Shown here in pieces: positions 59,023 to 64,000 of a stretch of DNA of 64,000 nt (positions within the stretch are counted from its first letter, which is position 1; every line of letters starts with the position of its first letter). A program made the position numbers and the translations under genes. Under the pieces are notes generated by a model that did no database searches, had not been told where the DNA came from, and was given only the letters and a program-made list of their open reading frames with translations. The stretch is from assembly GCA_035221665.1 (NCBI GenBank), contig CM069153.1:23870001-23934000 (forward strand). The letters run 5' to 3'. The stretch is from Okamejei kenojei. Lineage: Eukaryota.

Positions 59023-59048
59023 GGGGTGGTTAGTATGTGTGTGTGGCG
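57820..59048. repeat. C/T-rich low-complexity tract, then degenerate GGTTAG(TG)n simple repeat
   Basis: CCCT-rich at 57820-58640; GGGGTGGTTAGTGTGTGTG units at 58700-59048. Confidence 0.9.
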
Positions 59049-60395
59049 GGGTCACTGCCTGCCATTCTGAAAATGACCCGTTTACTCCTACCCTTTGTTT
59101 CCTGTCGGCCAGCCAGTTCTCTATCAACATCAATACTGAACCCCCAATACCGTGTGCTTTAAGTTTGTATACTAATCTCTTATGTGGGACCTTGTCGAAA
59201 GCCTTCTGAAAGTCCAGATATAACACATCCACTGGTTCTCCCTTATCCACTCTACTAGTTACATCCTCAAAAAATTCAATAAGATTCGTCAGACATAATT
59301 TACCTTTCGTAAATCGATGCTGACTTTGTCCAATGATTTCACCACTTTCCAAATGTGCTGCTATCCCATCTTTAATAACTGACTCTAGCAGTTTCCCCAC
59401 TACTGATGTTAGACTAACTGGTCTGTAATTCCCCTTTTTTCTCTCTCCCTTCCTTTTTAAAAAGTGGGGTTACATTAGCTACCCTCCAATCCTCAGGAAC
59501 TACTCCAGAATCTAAGGAGTTTTGAAAAATTATCACTAATGCATCCACTATTTCTGTGGCTACTTCCTAGAGTACTCTGAGATGCAGACTATCTGGCCCT
59601 GGGGATTTATCGGCCTTTAATCCGTTCAATTTACCCAACACCACTTCCCTGCTAACCTGGATTTCACTCAGTTCCTCCACCTTATTTAACCCCCGGTCCC
59701 CTTAGTGAAGACAGAACCAAAGTAGTTATTCAATTGGTCTGCCATGTCCTTGTTCCCCATGATCAATTCACCTGTTTCTGACTGCAAGGGACCTACATTT
59801 GTTTTAACTAATCTCTTTCTCTTCACATATCTATAAAAACTTTTGCAGTCAGTTTTTATGTTCCCTGCCAGTTTTCTTTCATAATCTATTTTCCCTTTCC
59901 TAATTAAGCCCTTTGTCCTCCTCTGCTGAACTCTGAATTTCTCCCAGTCCTCTGGTAGGCTGCTTTTTCTGGCTAATTTGTATGCTTCATCTTTTGTTTT
60001 GATACTATCCCCGATTTCCCTTGTTATCCATGGATATACTACTTTCCCTGATTTATTCTTTTGCCAAACTGGGATGAACAATTGTTGTAGTTCATCCATG
60101 CAGTCTTTAAATACCTTCCATTGCACATCCACTGTCAACCCCTTAAGAATCACTTGCCAGTCTATCTTGGCCAATGCACATCTCATACCTTCAAAGTTAC
60201 CTTTGTTTAAGTTCAGAACCCTTGTTTCTCACAATTATGTCACTCTCCGTCCTAATGAAGAACTCAACCATATTATGGTCACTCTTGCCCAAGGGGCCAC
60301 GCACAACAAGACTGCTAACTAACCCTTCCTCATTACTCAATACCCAGTCTGCTCTCTTGTTGGTTCCTCTACATGTTCGTTTAGAAAACTATCCC
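59049..60395 (-). mobile_element. CR1 ORF2 internal fragment
   Basis: CLTNLIEFFEDVT..YLDFQKAFDKVPH; YERKLAGNIKTDCKSFYRYVKRKR..LNNYFGSVFT. Confidence 0.92.
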
Positions 60396-60499
60396 CTGCT
60401 AGAGTCAGTTATTAAAGATGGGATAGGGGAGGGGGGAGGGGGGGGGGGGGAGGGAGGGGGGGAGGGGGAGGGGGGGGGGGAGGGGAGGGGGAGGGGGGA

Positions 60500-60887
60500 G
60501 GCTCTAACCATTTAGGTAGGATAGAGTCTCTAACCTGCCTAAATGGAAATAACCCTGAAACAATATACACAAAAACCCTCAGGTCAACCCTTATCCGTCC
60601 CAATTCAATATTAATTGACAAATGTAGGTAATAATACACAAAGTTCTATGCCATGTGGCCAGACCTCCTGCAGTTCAAACCACAGTCTGTTCATGAGTCA
60701 GAGTCGACGAAGAGAGAGAGAGTTCTTGGAGACTCCTGGTATTTAAGCTGTCGATGAGTCACCCGTCACCTGACGCAGCTTGGCCAAACGGGTACAGGAG
60801 CCCTTAACCCCTTGATTCCTGACTCCCAGCCACGGGGCCTGCACTCAGGAGAGAAACGAAAGAGTTAAGTACATAGCATTCACCAGA
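60500..60887 (-). mobile_element. Possible partial LTR of the adjacent Gypsy element
   Basis: Lies downstream of pol; minus-strand TATA-like CTTAAATAC at ~60740 and TGAGTCA sites. No clear TG..CA ends or PPT. Confidence 0.35.
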
Positions 60888-60980
60888 GGGGGGGGGGGGG
60901 GGGGGGGGGTGGGAAGTACCTAACACCACCATCCAAAGATACTGAATAAGCTTCGGAAGAAACTATTCAGTACTAAAATA

Positions 60981-63900
60981 CTACTGGCGCGACAAGGTGT
61001 CAGCCAAGATATTATCCTTGCCCCTAATGTGCCTGAATTCCAGGTTATATTCCTGCAGCTGCCAACTCCAGCTCATCAACCGCCTGTTCTTATTCTTCAT
61101 GTTCTTCCGAATGTCCGTGCAAAACCTGTCCTCCCCATTAGCCTTCGTAGCCAGTAGACACGGAGAACTCCACGGACTACAACTAGGTTCAGCAATTGCA
61201 TGCTGCAGCATATGGTCAACCTGACCTCTTAGACGTTGACGCTTGTCCGGGTTGACCCGATGCGGATGCTGTTTAATTGGCGCAGCACCGGCCACGTCAA
61301 TGTCATGCTGCAGCACAGACGTTTGAGAAGGCACATCCGAGAACAGTGACCCATTTGACCCCACCAAAGCAAGCAGATCATCCCGCTGACTTCCAGACAA
61401 ATGAGACAACCGCAAGGGAAGCGACTCCAAAAGCTTCAGAGTTGCACAGCTTTACCTGCGTCACTGGCCACCGACAACCGTGCCTCACCCACATCGCCAC
61501 CCGTGTCAGGGGGGCAGCACTACTAACGGCTTAGACAAAACCGAAGGACACAGCTCCTCCCCATCAACCTGTACATACTCCTGCTCATGGTACTGCTTCA
61601 GCATGTTGATATGACAGAGCTAAGTCTTACGCCTCCAATCAGGGGTACCAATAACGTAATCCCTTGCACCAACCTTCTTCTTAACCACCTGATAGGGACC
61701 ACTATACCGAGGCTTGCAGACTGGAACCAGGAATAGGCAACAACACCAGGACTTTGTCACCTGGAGAAAAATTCCTACTAGAAGCCTTCCTGTCGAACCA
61801 GCCCTTCATCCTAGACTGAGCAGAAGCCAGATTACCCATTGCCAGTTCGCATGCCCTCCACAGTCTAGACCTAAAAGTACAGACGTGGTCTAAAATACTA
61901 CGTTTTGAATTCTCCTGCAACCATTTCTCCTTCAGGACCCTCAACGGACCACGAACAGTATGCGCGAACACCAGATCAGCAGGACTGAACCCTAAAGACT
62001 CCTGCACGACCTCACGCACCACAAACATAACGAGATGAACCCCCTCATCCCAGTCTTTTTCAAACTCCAGGCAGTAAATCCTCAACATGGATTTCAAAGT
62101 CTGGTGAGACCTGGCTCTCTGGATGATACACACTGGAGTAACAATGCTCAATATCCAACAACTTCATTACCTGATCAAAAACCTTTGACATGAAGTTGGA
62201 ACCTTGGTCGCTCTGCACAACCTTGGGCAAACCGAACAATGAAAAAAACTTAGCGAGAGACTTCACAATGGCAGGGGCAGTAATGTTACGCAAAGGGACC
62301 ACCTCCGGAAAGCGGGTAGACGCACACATAATTGTCAATAAAAACTTGTTGCCCACCCTTGTCCGAGGTAGAGGACCCACACAATCAACTAGAATCCGTT
62401 CAAACGGCTCCCCGACCACAGGGATTGGATATAAAGGCGCAGGAACAATCGATTGATTTGGCTTTCCTGCCACCTGGCAAATGTGACAACACCTGCAGTG
62501 CTGCTTCACGTCCTTTTCAACCCTGGCCAAAACAAATTCCGTAAGATACGGTCATACGTCTTATTGACCCCAAATGTCCACCCAGAGGTCCATCATGAGC
62601 CAAACAGAGTATCTCGTCCCTATACTGACGAGGTATCACAATCTGATCAACCACGCTCCAATCATCATGCCCTGACATATCCAAGGGAGACCACTTTTGC
62701 ATCAGCAAGCCATTCCTCAGAAAATACCCCTTTGCTGTGGAATCCATATCCCCCTCATGTACCGCGCAGTCGAACAGATCCGATAAACCTTGATCACTCT
62801 TTTGCTCCTCAACCAGCCGGTCATGTGACAGCGACACCGGCACATTTTCAGACAAGACCCCATCTTGAGATGTAGAAACACCCTTCACAACACAGGATCC
62901 ATCATCCTGATCCCCAAAAATGCTCTCACTCAGATCCACTACATCCTCAAACTTTGCCTGGCTCTTAGCCATAGCCCTTGTGACAGCACAAGCTGTGAAG
63001 ACCATCGGATGCTGCATAGCCATATATCAGGACTCTGCACCATCGGAACAGCCGTCACCTCAGGAGTAATTAAAACTCTACCTCCTGCCAAGTCACTCCC
63101 CAAAATCACAGAAACTCCCGCAACGGGAAAAGACGGCCGTAACCCAACAATTACCCGGCCTGAAACCAACTCGGACTCGAGACTCACGGTATGCAAAGGC
63201 ACTACCATGTCCTCCAACCCGAACCCTACCACAGGGACACTGGACCCAACCGATGACTCCCCAGAAAACGGCAGTACACTATCCAATATAAAGGACTGAG
63301 TAGCACCAGTATCACGCAAGATGGATACTGGAACTCTATGACCCCCATTCTCTAGAGAAACAAAACCTTTTGTGATGAACGCAGAATAATTCCTACACTC
63401 AGCAGACGCAGGCACCCCTGGAACCACAGGTGCTCTTTGTGTACCCACTAAAGCCACAGGCTTTGCATTTTTCCTTTGCAGGACGGGACACGACTTTAAG
63501 ATGTGCCCGGTCCCTTTACAATAGTAGCACACAGGCCCTTCCTTAGTCCTGAAATCTCCGTCAACCTTATCAGCTCGGACCTCCCCCTGTATCAATGTGC
63601 TGACACTAGCAGGCTCAGAAATAGCTTTGATACTGCCACCGGCAACACCACCACGATTTAATGTACCAAAATTATAGGATCGCCCAACAAACTCAGTTTT
63701 ATGAGTCAATACATCCTCATCTGTTAACACCGCGGCCTTAGACACCTCCCGTCCCCTAGAAGAAACTCGGGAGGCATTCAACTCCTTCTCCTGTAGCTCA
63801 AGGCGTATCATTTCAAGCTCTGATTGGAGCATGACCTCTTTCTCTTTTAAGGCCCTCTCCTCCTTTTTCATTTCAAGCTCTAACTCCTTCAATCGAATGA

Positions 63901-64000
63901 GGTCCCTCATTTCCTGATGAGATAGAGTACTGTCTGCACCAGCAGGCAATACACCCTTCCACACCAACTCAAACCATAACACCAACTTTATAGCCTGTTT
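60981..64000 (-). mobile_element. Gypsy LTR retrotransposon internal region, Gmr1-type order gag-PR-INT-RT/RH, deleted and frameshifted
   Basis: Zn knuckle CYYCKGTGHILKSC; protease ILRDTGATQSFI; integrase HDGPLGGH..CHIC, VDCVGP, SDQGSNF, FSPGDKVLVLLP; then RT start PIKQHPHRVNP..PWSSPCLL..RFCTD fused to RH end EFRHIRGKDNILADTLSR. Confidence 0.92.

Noticed and set aside
58700-59048. Telomere-like repeat
   Set aside because: The motif is GGTTAGTGTG with variable TG and G runs, not tandem TTAGGG

Overview
Eukaryotic, repeat-dense genomic DNA with one assembly gap (49079-49220). The repeat content (HE1-type V-SINEs, CR1/HER-type LINEs) points to a cartilaginous fish, probably a skate or ray; this is an inference from repeat families. 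Most of the window is nested, decayed transposable elements: CR1, Rex1/Babar and L2 LINEs, Penelope-like elements (PLEs), two DIRS1-type tyrosine-recombinase retroelements, a Gmr1-type Gypsy element, a KIAA1586-like hAT transposase fossil, a composite Helitron and MITEs. One host gene is well supported: a plus-strand type-I membrane Ig-superfamily gene (leader 31377-31440, tandem V-set exons 32172-32507 and 33393-33716, TM exon 38843-38992, all phase 1). Both of its V domains lack the canonical F-strand Cys and C-strand Trp and carry a Cys at the Q6-equivalent position instead. The most striking non-coding signal is a PLE-derived ~130-bp unit present in more than 15 copies. Its consensus head, CTGAAGA-A-GGGT(CTCG)ACCC-GAAACGTC, is a minimal hammerhead ribozyme motif. 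The unit occurs at PLE ends, as solo insertions with target-site duplications, and as head-to-head inverted pairs. Repeat boundaries were read by eye and are approximate unless a junction sequence is quoted.
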